This document shows, in pieces, positions 44,679 through 55,097 of a stretch of 64,000 nucleotides of DNA. The position numbers and the translations under genes were made by a program. The notes below the pieces were generated by a model, which saw only the letters and a program-made list of their open reading frames with translations, ran no database searches and had not been told where the DNA came from. Source of the stretch: Patescibacteria group bacterium (lineage in GTDB: Bacteria > Patescibacteriota > Minisyncoccia > Minisyncoccales > RBG-13-36-15); contig JACZRI010000002.1 in assembly GCA_022574775.1 (NCBI GenBank), forward strand, positions 74,303-138,302. The letters run 5' to 3'. How positions within the stretch are numbered: position 1 is the first letter of the stretch; the number at the start of each line of letters is the position of its first letter.

Positions 44679-45437
44679 TCATACTTTCTCCTTTGCAATA
44701 GGTAAGGTGAAATAAAATGTCATACCAAAATCTCTGTTTTCGGAAAACCAAATTTTACCGCCCGACAATTCAACAGCCGCTTTATTCAGATATAGACCAA
44801 GGCCAAACCCTGAAGGATCTATTTCCAATGCCTCTTCTGACCGATAGAACTTTGTAAAAATCTTCTTAAAATCTTCTCTTGGAACACTAATTCCGTTGTC
44901 TTTGCAACTAAACAAAATATGCCTGCCCTTCTTTTCTAAAAATACCTTTACGCTTCCCCTTCCTGCTTTTTTATATTTAATCGCGTTAGTAATCAGATTT
45001 TCAACCACATGACGGATTTTTCCTGGATCGGCCAAAACTCTTGGCAAAGGCTTTTTCGATCTCTCAAATGAAATCTCGCAATTTGTTGCCTCAATCCACA
45101 ACGCTAAGTCTTTAATTATAGGTTGGATAATATCCTCTAAAGAAAAAATTTTTAATGTAATTTCGTAGTTCCCTTCTTCAATTCGAGAAACATCCAAAAG
45201 ATAGTTAACTTGCCCTGACATTCTTTTTACGTTCTGCAACGCGTCTTGAATGTATTCTCTCTGTTTTTGGTTTATTTTCCCCAGATCTTCTGAAATCAAT
45301 GCCTCAAGGTAGCCCTTGATAACTGATATTGGATGCCTCAATTGATGGGCGACAATTGAAATCACCTCCGAAATCTTTGGTTTATTTTTATAAAGATCAG
45401 TTAGGTCTTCAATTTTTTTAGGATTATTTTTTTTCAT
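44679..45437 (-). CDS. cytoplasmic histidine kinase
   Basis: H-box VAHQLRHPISVIKGY, N box NLITNAIKY, G boxes GFGLGL. Confidence 0.85.
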   Translation of the reverse strand: MKKNNPKKIEDLTDLYKNKPKISEVISIVAHQLRHPISVIKGYLEALISEDLGKINQKQREYIQDALQNVKRMSGQVNYLLDVSRIEEGNYEITLKIFSLEDIIQPIIKDLALWIEATNCEISFERSKKPLPRVLADPGKIRHVVENLITNAIKYKKAGRGSVKVFLEKKGRHILFSCKDNGISVPREDFKKIFTKFYRSEEALEIDPSGFGLGLYLNKAAVELSGGKIWFSENRDFGMTFYFTLPIAKEKV

Positions 45438-45460
45438 CAGTTTTATTATAACTGAAATAC

Positions 45461-45519
45461 GGAAAACAACAAAACCCCCCCCACCACTTTTGACTGAAAA
45501 ATAAAAGTGGTGGGGGGGG
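45461..45519 (-). terminator. strong rho-independent terminator after groEL
   Basis: 17-bp stem CCCCCCCCACCACTTTT/AAAAGTGGTGGGGGGGG, followed on the minus strand by TTTTGTTGTTTT. Confidence 0.8.
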
Positions 45520-45570
45520 AACTTAGTTAGAATGGTAGAGCGCAGGGTTCCGAATCAGAATCCTACGCTA

Positions 45571-47274
<1,704 letters not shown>

Positions 47275-47356
47275 CTAGGAATTAGCTTTTTAGCTTCTTG
47301 GGAAAGAAAAATTAATCTTAAAACCTGAAAAGCTAATAAACTAATAAATTATTCAA

Positions 47357-47647
47357 TTATTCAAGAATCGCAAGGATATCCTCCTCTCGCGCTATTAAAT
47401 ATTCCTTGTCGTCAATCTTCACTTCACTTGGTCCGTATTTTGTAAATAAAACAATATCTCCGCTTTTCACCTCTAATGGATTCACTTTGCCGGCAGATGT
47501 TTTTTTGCCAGGCCCCACTGCAATCACTTTGCCCTGCTCGGGCTTATCTTTTTCAGTAATTTCTGGCAATAAAATCCCAGTCTTAGTCTTTTCCTCCTGC
47601 TTCATTGGCTCAATTAAAATATGGTCTGATAAAGGTTTTATATTCAC
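47357..47647 (-). CDS. groES: co-chaperonin GroES
   Basis: 96 aa: IKPLSDHILIEP...GKVIAVGPG...GDIVLF. Confidence 0.95.
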   Translation of the reverse strand: MNIKPLSDHILIEPMKQEEKTKTGILLPEITEKDKPEQGKVIAVGPGKKTSAGKVNPLEVKSGDIVLFTKYGPSEVKIDDKEYLIAREEDILAILE

Positions 47648-47738
47648 ACTTCGACTCGTCCTTCGCTTCGCTCAGTCTTCGCTCAGTGCAAGTAGTCGAA
47701 GTGTCCTGAGTTTGTCGAAGGATAATATTATATCTACT

Positions 47739-47765
47739 TTAGCAATCACAATCTTTGAGTGCTAA
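47739..47765. promoter_or_regulatory. CIRCE element (HrcA operator)
   Basis: TTAGCAATC-N9-GAGTGCTAA versus consensus TTAGCACTC-N9-GAGTGCTAA, upstream of groES. Confidence 0.8.
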
Positions 47766-47824
47766 TTCTATTTTGGATACTATAACTTACAGAAAGTTGT
47801 GTCAAGCCCTAAACTACACTGGGT

Positions 47825-50800
47825 TCAAAATGCAACCCTCTTACCCATAAACACTGGCTTCAAATATTTTCCAGTATAGCTTTTTTTATTTTTTATTACA
47901 TCTTGTGGCAAGCCTTCAACCACAATTTTGCCGCCTCCCTCCCCTCCTTCAGGACCCAAATCAATTATCCAGTCAGCATTTTTTATTACATCTAAATTAT
48001 GTTCTATGATCAAAACGGTGTTCCCCATATCCACTAATCCACGCAAAATCCAAACTAACTTTTTGATGTCGTCTGGATGAAGCCCAGTAGTTGGCTCATC
48101 TAAAATGTATAATGTTTTCCCTGTTGCCTTTCTGGAAAGCTCGGTGGATAATTTTACTCTTTGCGCCTCTCCTCCAGAAAGAGAAGGAGCTGGTTGACCA
48201 AGATGAATATAGCTTAAGCCAACTTCATTTAAAGTTTTTAATTTCTGGGAAATGCTTGGTATTACCTTGAAAAACTCTAAGGCTTCTTCTACTGTCATTT
48301 CTAAAACCTCTGAAATATTTTTTCCTTTATACCCAATAGACAGGGTTTCTTTATTAAATCTTTTTCCTTTACATTCTTGGCATTCCACATAAACATCTGG
48401 TAAAAAATACATTTCAATCTTTTTCACTCCCTGTCCTTCACAAACTTCACATCTCCCGCCCTTAATATTGAAAGAGAATCTGCCAGGCAAGTAGCCTCTG
48501 ATTCTTGCCTCTTTTGTTTTGGAAAAAAGATCCCTGATATGGAAAAAAGCTCCGGTGTAAGTTACCGGATTAGATCTTGGAGTTCTTCCAATTGGAGATT
48601 GGTTAACTAGAACCATTTTATTTAAATTTTCCCAACCTAAAATATTTTTATGTTTTCCGGGTTCTTCTTTGGTATTGTAAAATTTTTTTAAAAGCGCGCG
48701 AGCCAAAATATCATTCATTAAAGAACTTTTTCCAGACCCTGAAACTCCTGTGATGCAAATAAACTTACCCAGGGGAATCCTCACATTGATATTTTTCAGA
48801 TTGTGCTCTTGAGCCCCTTTGATAAGTAGGAAGTTTGAAGTCTTGGAGTCTGAAGATCGTTTCGTTTCTTCATACGGTTCGGCTGAGCTCACCGAAGTCT
48901 TCGCACTTCGTACTTCAACCTTTTTCCGACCTGACATATATTCTCCAGTTAATGTCTTAGCTTTTAATAATTCTTTAGGTGTCCCCTGAAAAATAACTCT
49001 TCCGCCATGCTTCCCGGCTCCTGGACCAATATCAATTATCCAATCTGCAGCTAAAATAGTTTGAGGATCATGTTCAACCACACAGATTGTATTTCCCAAA
49101 TCTCTCAATTTTTTTAGGATCTTTATCAATCTTTGCTGATCTCTTGAGTGCAGTCCGACTGAGGGTTCATCTAAAATATATAATACTCCCGACAATTTTG
49201 ACCCAATTTGGGTCGCTAACCTTATTCTTTGTTCCTCTCCACCTGCTAAAGTTCCTGTTTTTCGATTACAGGTTAAATAATTTAAACCAACATCAATTAA
49301 AAATTGCAAACGATTAACAATTTCTTTCACAATCGGCAGAGCGATTTTTAAGTCTGAAGCATGAAGTCTGCTGGATCCAAAGGAAACTCCCTTGAGGGCT
49401 GCGCCTGAAGATCTCTTTTTCGTTTCTTTATACTTTGTACTTCGTGCTTCGTATAATCCTTCAAAAAATCTTTTTGCCTTATCAATACTCACCACTACCA
49501 CTTCATCAATAGACTTCCCTGCCACAGTAACCGCCAAGGCCGCATGATTTAATCTTTTTCCCATGCATGTCTCGCATTTTTTTTTAAACATATATTGTTC
49601 AATTTCTTCCCTGGTGTAATCTGAATCTGTCTCTCGATATCTCCTTTCTAAAGAGGGAATAACTCCTTCAAAACTTGAATTTGGTATTTCTTGTTTTGCT
49701 GTGCCTCCCAGCACCGAGCTCTGCTCTGGTGCTGGGGTACTTCGTATTTCCGACTTGGCAGATTCGCCGTATAAAATTAAATCAATTATTTTCTTGGGAA
49801 GTTCTTTGACTGGAGTGTTGAGAGAAAAATTACACTTTTCTGCCAATCCGGCAAGCTGCAGCCAGAAATAACTCTGGCGGCCCAATCTATGAGATGCTCT
49901 CATCCAGGGACGTATAGCCCCCTCTTCAATGGTTAAATTTAGGTTAGGAATGACTAATTTTGGATCCACCTCTAATTTTTCTCCCAATCCCTGGCAAGAT
50001 AGACAAGCTCCGTAAGGGGAATTAAAAGAAAAAAGTCTTGGTTCAATCTCGGGAAGCGAGATTCCGCATTTTTCACAGGCGAAATGCTCACTGAATATCA
50101 GATCACTAAAAGCCTGAAGGTTTCTTCTTTGTTTCTTCGCACTTTGTACTTCGTGTTTTGTACTTACTATCGTAGTCCCTTTCCCCAATTTCATGGCGGT
50201 TTCCACTGAATCTGCCAACCTTGACCGATCCAAATCTTTTTCAATTTTCAACCTATCAACCACCACTTCAATGGTATGCTTTTTCTTGCGATCCAACATT
50301 TTTTGCAAAGCTTCTTCAATCCGATATAATATCCCGTCAATTCTTACTCTAACAAATCCTTCTCTTTGAATTTCTTCTAACACTCCAAGATGCTCACCTT
50401 TTCTACTTCCGATCACAGGTCCTAAAATCGTAATTTCTTTTCCTACGAATCCCTGACCCGTAATCTGATCTAAAATTTGATCAATTGTCTGGCAAGAAAC
50501 CGGCTTTTTGCATTTGGGACAATGAGGTTTCCCTATTCGCGCGAATAGGAGACGAAGGTAATCATAAATTTCTGTAATCGTGCCTACTGTTGAACGAGGA
50601 TTGCTGGCTGCTTTTCTCTGGTCAATGGAAATTGCAGGAGAAATTCCTTCAATCCTTTCTACGTCCGGCTTATCCATTACCCCTAAAAACTGACGGGCAT
50701 AGACAGATAAACTTTCCACATAGCGGCGCTGGCCTTCAGCATACAAAGTATCAAAAGCTAAAGAACTCTTGCCAGACCCTGAAATCCCTGTAATTACCAC

Positions 50801-50884
50801 CAGTTTATTTTTCGGGATATCCAAATCAATGTTCTTTAAGTTATGGACTTTAGCTCCTCTGATTTTTATATAGTTATTTTTCAT
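47825..50884 (-). CDS. uvrA: excinuclease ABC subunit A
   Basis: Two ABC modules ([20 protein letters not shown]; LSGGE signatures) and zinc fingers. Start at [11 protein letters not shown]; the track N-terminal extension is repeat-encoded. Confidence 0.95.
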   Translation of the reverse strand: MKNNYIKIRGAKVHNLKNIDLDIPKNKLVVITGISGSGKSSLAFDTLYAEGQRRYVESLSVYARQFLGVMDKPDVERIEGISPAISIDQRKAASNPRSTVGTITEIYDYLRLLFARIGKPHCPKCKKPVSCQTIDQILDQITGQGFVGKEITILGPVIGSRKGEHLGVLEEIQREGFVRVRIDGILYRIEEALQKMLDRKKKHTIEVVVDRLKIEKDLDRSRLADSVETAMKLGKGTTIVSTKHEVQSAKKQRRNLQAFSDLIFSEHFACEKCGISLPEIEPRLFSFNSPYGACLSCQGLGEKLEVDPKLVIPNLNLTIEEGAIRPWMRASHRLGRQSYFWLQLAGLAEKCNFSLNTPVKELPKKIIDLILYGESAKSEIRSTPAPEQSSVLGGTAKQEIPNSSFEGVIPSLERRYRETDSDYTREEIEQYMFKKKCETCMGKRLNHAALAVTVAGKSIDEVVVVSIDKAKRFFEGLYEARSTKYKETKKRSSGAALKGVSFGSSRLHASDLKIALPIVKEIVNRLQFLIDVGLNYLTCNRKTGTLAGGEEQRIRLATQIGSKLSGVLYILDEPSVGLHSRDQQRLIKILKKLRDLGNTICVVEHDPQTILAADWIIDIGPGAGKHGGRVIFQGTPKELLKAKTLTGEYMSGRKKVEVRSAKTSVSSAEPYEETKRSSDSKTSNFLLIKGAQEHNLKNINVRIPLGKFICITGVSGSGKSSLMNDILARALLKKFYNTKEEPGKHKNILGWENLNKMVLVNQSPIGRTPRSNPVTYTGAFFHIRDLFSKTKEARIRGYLPGRFSFNIKGGRCEVCEGQGVKKIEMYFLPDVYVECQECKGKRFNKETLSIGYKGKNISEVLEMTVEEALEFFKVIPSISQKLKTLNEVGLSYIHLGQPAPSLSGGEAQRVKLSTELSRKATGKTLYILDEPTTGLHPDDIKKLVWILRGLVDMGNTVLIIEHNLDVIKNADWIIDLGPEGGEGGGKIVVEGLPQDVIKNKKSYTGKYLKPVFMGKRVAF
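48829..48920. repeat. heptamer/palindromic repeat inside uvrA (site 4)
   Basis: Coding strand: GAAGTACGAAGTGCGAAGACTTCGGTGAGCTCAGCCGAACCGTATGAAGAAACGAAACGATCTTCAGACTCCAAGACTTCAAACTTC. Encodes [28 protein letters not shown]. Confidence 0.75.
49349..49456. repeat. heptamer/palindromic repeat inside uvrA (site 3)
   Basis: ACGAAGCACGAAGTACAAAGTATAAAGAAACGAAAAAGAGATCTTCAGG...CTTCATGCTTCAGACTT. Encodes [36 protein letters not shown]. Confidence 0.75.
49683..49760. repeat. GC-rich hairpin segment inside uvrA (site 2)
   Basis: CCAGCACC-GAGCTCTGCTCT-GGTGCTGG flanked by an ACGAAGT-type unit. Encodes [25 protein letters not shown]. Confidence 0.55.
50112..50165. repeat. heptamer/palindromic repeat inside uvrA (site 1)
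   Basis: ACGAAGTACAAAGTGCGAAGAAACAAAGAAGAAACCTTCAGGC. Encodes [16 protein letters not shown]. Confidence 0.7.
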
Positions 50885-50894
50885 AAGAAAAATT

Positions 50895-51055
50895 AGAGAG
50901 GGGTCGGGGGAACTGGGTGTTCCCCGTGCAGGAAAACAGGCTCGAGCACTCAACGGCTTAAGTGCTCGAACGTTAGAAACCGTGGGTGTCTAAAGAGCGG
51001 TGTTAGTCCCGAATTAAAGTCGGGACGTGCCGCGACTCGGGCATGATTAAGTCCT
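50895..51055. repeat. GC-rich hairpin element, copy in the uvrA/trxB divergent intergenic region
   Basis: GGGGAAC-TGGGT-GTTCCCC (50907-50925), then TCGAGCACT...AGTGCTCGA and GTCCCGA...TCGGGAC hairpins. Colinear with the copy at 28167-28305. Confidence 0.75.
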
Positions 51056-51102
51056 CTATTATAGTTTAAATTCCCAAAAAAATCAAGCGTAAAAAAAAGG
51101 AG

Positions 51103-51132
51103 TTTGACCCTTTATTTTTCTGTGATTATTAT
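51103..51132 (+). promoter_or_regulatory. sigma-70 promoter giving a near-leaderless trxB-like mRNA
   Basis: TTGACC, 18 nt, TATTAT. The -10 element ends 9 nt before the ATG at 51142, and no SD lies in between. Confidence 0.5.
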
Positions 51133-51141
51133 AAAGATAGA

Positions 51142-52059
51142 ATGAATAAAAATTTTGATACTATCATTATTGGAGCAGGGCCAGCTGGCCTTCAAGCTGC
51201 TTTATTTTTGACAAGAGCGCAAGTAAAGACCTTGCTAATTGGAAAGCCAGAAGAGTCAGATTTAGCGTATGGAAAACGCATCGGAAATATCTTTGGAATT
51301 TTAGGGGAACCGACAGGTCTAAGCTTGCTGGAAAACTCAGTTGAGCAAATAAAAATATATGGAGGAAAACTCCTCGGAGAAGAAGTTATTGATGTAGAAA
51401 AAAAAGAAGATAGTTTTCAAGTAAAAACAGGTATGGGTAAGGAATTTCTCAGCAAAACCTTAATTATTGCCAATGGGGCTGCACCCACCATGGCCGGAAT
51501 TGAAAAAGAGAAGGAGTTTCTTGGTAAAGGCGTACACACGTGCGTGGCTTGCGACGGGATCTTCTATAAAGGAAAGAAAGTTGGAATAATCGGGGAAGGA
51601 AACCATGCAGCTGAAGAAGCTTTGGAACTTACAGCCTTCACGAAGGATACCACGATTTTCTCTCAAAAAAGACCTTGGAAATTTTCAGAATACATAAAAA
51701 AGATCCTTAAAGAGAAAGGAGTAAAGCTTGAAAAGAAAAAAATCGTGAAGGTTGAGGGAAAGAAAAATGTAGAAAGAGCTAAAACTAGTGATGGAAAAAG
51801 CCTGCAAATTGATGGTATTTTTTTAGCCCTGGGGATAACTCCTTCTTTAACTTTTGCTGAAAAACTTGGTCTTCCGAAAAAAGATGGATTTATTAATATT
51901 GATCAAGACAGTTTCACTGGAGTAGACGGTGTGTATGCTGCAGGAAGTGCCACTGGCGGTAATCCCCAGATTGCAAAAAACGCAGGAGAAGGCTGTAATG
52001 CAGCAATTGCCATTATTAAAAAGCTGAAAGGCCTTGAACAATATACTGATCAGACTTAA
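51142..52059 (+). CDS. trxB: thioredoxin reductase-like flavoprotein
   Basis: GAGPAG, redox-active CVAC, and GGNPQIAKNAGEG near the C-terminus. Confidence 0.85.
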   Translation: MNKNFDTIIIGAGPAGLQAALFLTRAQVKTLLIGKPEESDLAYGKRIGNIFGILGEPTGLSLLENSVEQIKIYGGKLLGEEVIDVEKKEDSFQVKTGMGKEFLSKTLIIANGAAPTMAGIEKEKEFLGKGVHTCVACDGIFYKGKKVGIIGEGNHAAEEALELTAFTKDTTIFSQKRPWKFSEYIKKILKEKGVKLEKKKIVKVEGKKNVERAKTSDGKSLQIDGIFLALGITPSLTFAEKLGLPKKDGFINIDQDSFTGVDGVYAAGSATGGNPQIAKNAGEGCNAAIAIIKKLKGLEQYTDQT

Positions 52060-52062
52060 TTT

Positions 52063-52728
52063 TCATCGGTTTAACCAATTAATTATCTCTTCCATCAATT
52101 CAGGATGGGTGGCGAACATATTTGTCCCATGCCCTCCTGAGTCATATAATTTCAGCACTTTTAAAGATTTCCCAATTTCATTGAGAGAGCTAACTGTTTG
52201 AGCAGAATAAGCATCATCTTTTGCTGCAGAAAGAAAAACTTGCTGCTTTTCCGTGAGTTTTTCCATAAGTAAATTTGTCTTAATACCGTGGTAGTCAAGG
52301 CCTGGAGAGAGTAAAAAAGCCGCTTGAACTTCTGGGTGTTCAGCTAAATACTGCAAAGCTAAATTAGCTCCAATTGAAGCGCCGCCGATGAATATATTTT
52401 TTCCAGAAACCCCTCTTTTTTTAAGCCATTCTCTGGCCATCTCCACGTCCAAAATAGAATCTTGATGTTCTTTATCGCCAAATCTATTAAAATTGAGCTG
52501 CCTTCCATCACTTGCGGATGTAGATTCACCGTGTCCCCTCAGGTCAATAGCTAAGGCCTGAAATCCAGCCTCAACTAATTTTTCTGCAAACTCGCCCCAG
52601 CTTTCCTTAACTGCCGGCATCATGTGTAATAAAAGAACAGTTGAAATATCAGGAGATGGTCCTGCAAAAAAATTTCCAACGATTATAATGCCGTCTGTGG
52701 TATTGAATGTAATGCGCTCTTTTTTCAT
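52063..52728 (-). CDS. alpha/beta hydrolase
   Basis: Nucleophile elbow GASIG plus a GGHG motif near the C-terminus. Start set at MKKERITF. Confidence 0.75.
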   Translation of the reverse strand: MKKERITFNTTDGIIIVGNFFAGPSPDISTVLLLHMMPAVKESWGEFAEKLVEAGFQALAIDLRGHGESTSASDGRQLNFNRFGDKEHQDSILDVEMAREWLKKRGVSGKNIFIGGASIGANLALQYLAEHPEVQAAFLLSPGLDYHGIKTNLLMEKLTEKQQVFLSAAKDDAYSAQTVSSLNEIGKSLKVLKLYDSGGHGTNMFATHPELMEEIINWLNR

Positions 52729-52831
52729 ATCTGTACGAATAATCATTAAGCGAAGCAACAAATTGTCAAAGTAGTTTTTCTAAGTTTCAAAAGCTAGGAC
52801 TTTGCCGTTAAGAAAAGCATCTCGGAGGACG

Positions 52832-52894
52832 AGCGGGCATGGTGTCGCCGAAGGCGACGAATAAGCCTGAGAGTTGAGTGGTACTCGCCCCGCT
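52832..52894. other. GC-rich structured intergenic segment
   Basis: Outer stem AGCGGGC/GCCCCGCT enclosing GTCGCC-GAA-GGCGAC (52844-52858) and GAGT-GGT-ACTC. Confidence 0.5.
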
Positions 52895-52946
52895 GGGATG
52901 AGTGACCATTTCTTTTCGTGTGGTAAGTCCGAGCTTGTCCTTTCTG

Positions 52947-53807
52947 TTAAATATTTTTTTGGAAAAATTCGTTGACTCGTTTTTGATATTCTTTTTGAAC
53001 TTGACCGTGCAAAACTCCTCCTTCAAACCAAAACTCAGCATTTGGATTGTCTTTAAGAGCTTCTTTTAATAAAAGGGCATGCGAAAACGGGACAACTTCA
53101 TCCTCTTTGGAATGAATGAGTAACATTGGGATTTTTATTCCTTTGACCTTTTTTACAGGAGAGGCCTCATCAATAGATATTCCAAAGAAAATCTTTGGCC
53201 AAAGGCGAGTGAAAAATGCCAGAGGGTACTTTAAGAAAACGAGATTCTCATAGGGCTCTGTTAAAAATAAAGGAAGTGCTGCATAAGCCGAATCTGCTAC
53301 AATAGCATTGATATTAGGGGTTCTCTGAGCTGTCATCAAGGCCACAGCTCCTCCCATGGAAAATCCCCACACTCCAATTTTTTGAAAACCCCTTTCTTTT
53401 GCAAATTCTACTGCAGCTAAAAGATCGTTTACTTCTTTCGCTCCTATTGTAGTATAAGATCCTCTGCTTTCTCCAAAGTAACGAAAATCAAACAATAAAA
53501 TATTGAAATCTTCATTAAGAAATGAGATTGCAGGCAAGATATCGCCTTTATCTGCTGGATAGCCATGAAGAGCAATAATAACCTTATCTGAGTTTTGTTT
53601 GGGAATTAGCCATCCTTTCAGCTCTACTCCGTCACTTGTTTTAAGAGTTATCTTTTCGAAATCCAAACTAAAAGAAGCTGGGGTTATAGATGAATGAATT
53701 TTAGATGGACGAATGGCTGACAAAAAGCCAGAAAAACTCACAATCAAGAAGAAAAAAAACAGGGCAATTCCTGCCAGTCCTATTATGTTAAGATAAGAAG
53801 TTTGCAT
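52947..53807 (-). CDS. alpha/beta hydrolase with N-terminal membrane anchor
   Basis: GFSMGG nucleophile elbow and ...HSKEDEVVP...H pattern. Confidence 0.8.
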   Translation of the reverse strand: MQTSYLNIIGLAGIALFFFFLIVSFSGFLSAIRPSKIHSSITPASFSLDFEKITLKTSDGVELKGWLIPKQNSDKVIIALHGYPADKGDILPAISFLNEDFNILLFDFRYFGESRGSYTTIGAKEVNDLLAAVEFAKERGFQKIGVWGFSMGGAVALMTAQRTPNINAIVADSAYAALPLFLTEPYENLVFLKYPLAFFTRLWPKIFFGISIDEASPVKKVKGIKIPMLLIHSKEDEVVPFSHALLLKEALKDNPNAEFWFEGGVLHGQVQKEYQKRVNEFFQKNI

Positions 53808-53867
53808 TATATCATTATAGTTATGAGAGTTGAAAAATCAAAGATTTTATCATAAAATAACAACGAT

Positions 53868-55091
53868 ATGGCAAAATTTGGATTTTCCAATCAAGGACAG
53901 GCTTTAATCGGAATACTTATTGTTTTAGTTACAGTTGTTGTAATTATCGGGGGGCTATATTATTCCTTTCAAGCACAAACCCCGAAAATACTTAAAGTTA
54001 TCGAAGAATCAGTCAAGAGAGAAGTAACTACGCCTTCAGCAGAAGAAAAACCGCCCGAAACTGAAGGGAAGATTATTCCAGAAGGAATTAGCGAAAAGCC
54101 AGAGGAAAAAACCCACTCTATACAAGTTCCGGTTCTTGTTTTAAAATACTTCCCGACTCCTGATGAAATAATCACAATCGGAGGAACTATTGCAGAGAAA
54201 CGAGCGGGAATAAATCTTATCACAAACCAGCTCGTTTCTACACTTGAAGAGGGAAGTATCTATCATGGCTATAAAGATCCAACCGCAACCCCCTCGTTTG
54301 ATTATTCTATTGTCGAGACAAAAGAGTTTCTGGAGGCTGTTCCTCTCTCTTCTCAGTTTCCCGAACGTGGTGATAAGTTTCTGATGTTCTCTGACCCTAC
54401 GATCGGAGTAGCTGATATCTGTACCAACTATATCGACAATCCAAATGTTGAGGTTCGGGAAGTATGGATTTGGATGTATCATATCGAAAATACCATGCTT
54501 GGCGATCTTTTTATCCCGAAAACTGGTCCCACAGAATCAAATATGGCTATGGGAACAATATCTCAGCCATACTGGAATAAAGATACCTACGGAGATGTGA
54601 GCAACAGTGCAAGAGTGAAAGATCTTCCCGTGTGTGCCAAAACGTATACGGTTTATGAATATAACTACACGAGGGGGTTGGCAGAAGCACTGGAGAATCA
54701 TGGCCATCAACTCGAATCAGTATTTGCCTATGCTGATTCAAGTCTGTTCTGGAGTAAATTCGTCGGTCCTACGAAGAATCAGCCAGGCCTCAGGCGCTGT
54801 GGGAATGCACACAACCCTCCCAATGCTGAGTTTGAATACGACCGTGGCAATACTACGAATTTTATTGAAACGGATTGTGAGGATTGGAAACCAGACGCAA
54901 GTGGACAAACACAAATAATCAATTGTAATACCTGGAGATGCACTACACCTGGCTATTTTGTATGGTGGATGCAGAATATGCCAGGAAAAAATAATAATCT
55001 AACCTATCAGGGAAAATTATTAAGAAACTGGTGGAATTTTATTGGGGACTTTGATCAGGCAGTGCAAAAAGGAAGAAGTTTAACATATTGA
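53868..55091 (+). CDS. secreted/anchored hypothetical protein with Cys-containing C-terminal domain
   Basis: N-terminal TM, Glu/Pro-rich linker, conserved-looking C-terminal region (RRCGNAHNPPNAEFEYD...CEDWKP...NCNTWRC). Family not recognised. Confidence 0.6.
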   Translation: MAKFGFSNQGQALIGILIVLVTVVVIIGGLYYSFQAQTPKILKVIEESVKREVTTPSAEEKPPETEGKIIPEGISEKPEEKTHSIQVPVLVLKYFPTPDEIITIGGTIAEKRAGINLITNQLVSTLEEGSIYHGYKDPTATPSFDYSIVETKEFLEAVPLSSQFPERGDKFLMFSDPTIGVADICTNYIDNPNVEVREVWIWMYHIENTMLGDLFIPKTGPTESNMAMGTISQPYWNKDTYGDVSNSARVKDLPVCAKTYTVYEYNYTRGLAEALENHGHQLESVFAYADSSLFWSKFVGPTKNQPGLRRCGNAHNPPNAEFEYDRGNTTNFIETDCEDWKPDASGQTQIINCNTWRCTTPGYFVWWMQNMPGKNNNLTYQGKLLRNWWNFIGDFDQAVQKGRSLTY

Positions 55092-55097
55092 TAGGGT

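Noticed and set aside
45520-45570. tRNA-like fragment just after the groEL stop (TAGTTAGAATGGTAGAGCGCAGGGTTCCGAATC).
   Set aside because: Only a D-arm-like stretch and an imperfect hairpin are present, with no acceptor or T-arm. It is most likely part of the groEL 3' hairpin region.
50885-50953. N-terminal extensions in the ORF track: uvrA 50885-50953, rnj 60119-60166, mscS 32520-32582, pilin 35572-35667, HTH gene 36581-36622, alpha/beta hydrolase 52729-52761.
   Set aside because: These stretches are encoded by repeat elements or by tRNA genes (Ser, Leu) or lack any conserved sequence. Conserved protein N-termini and better starts lie downstream.
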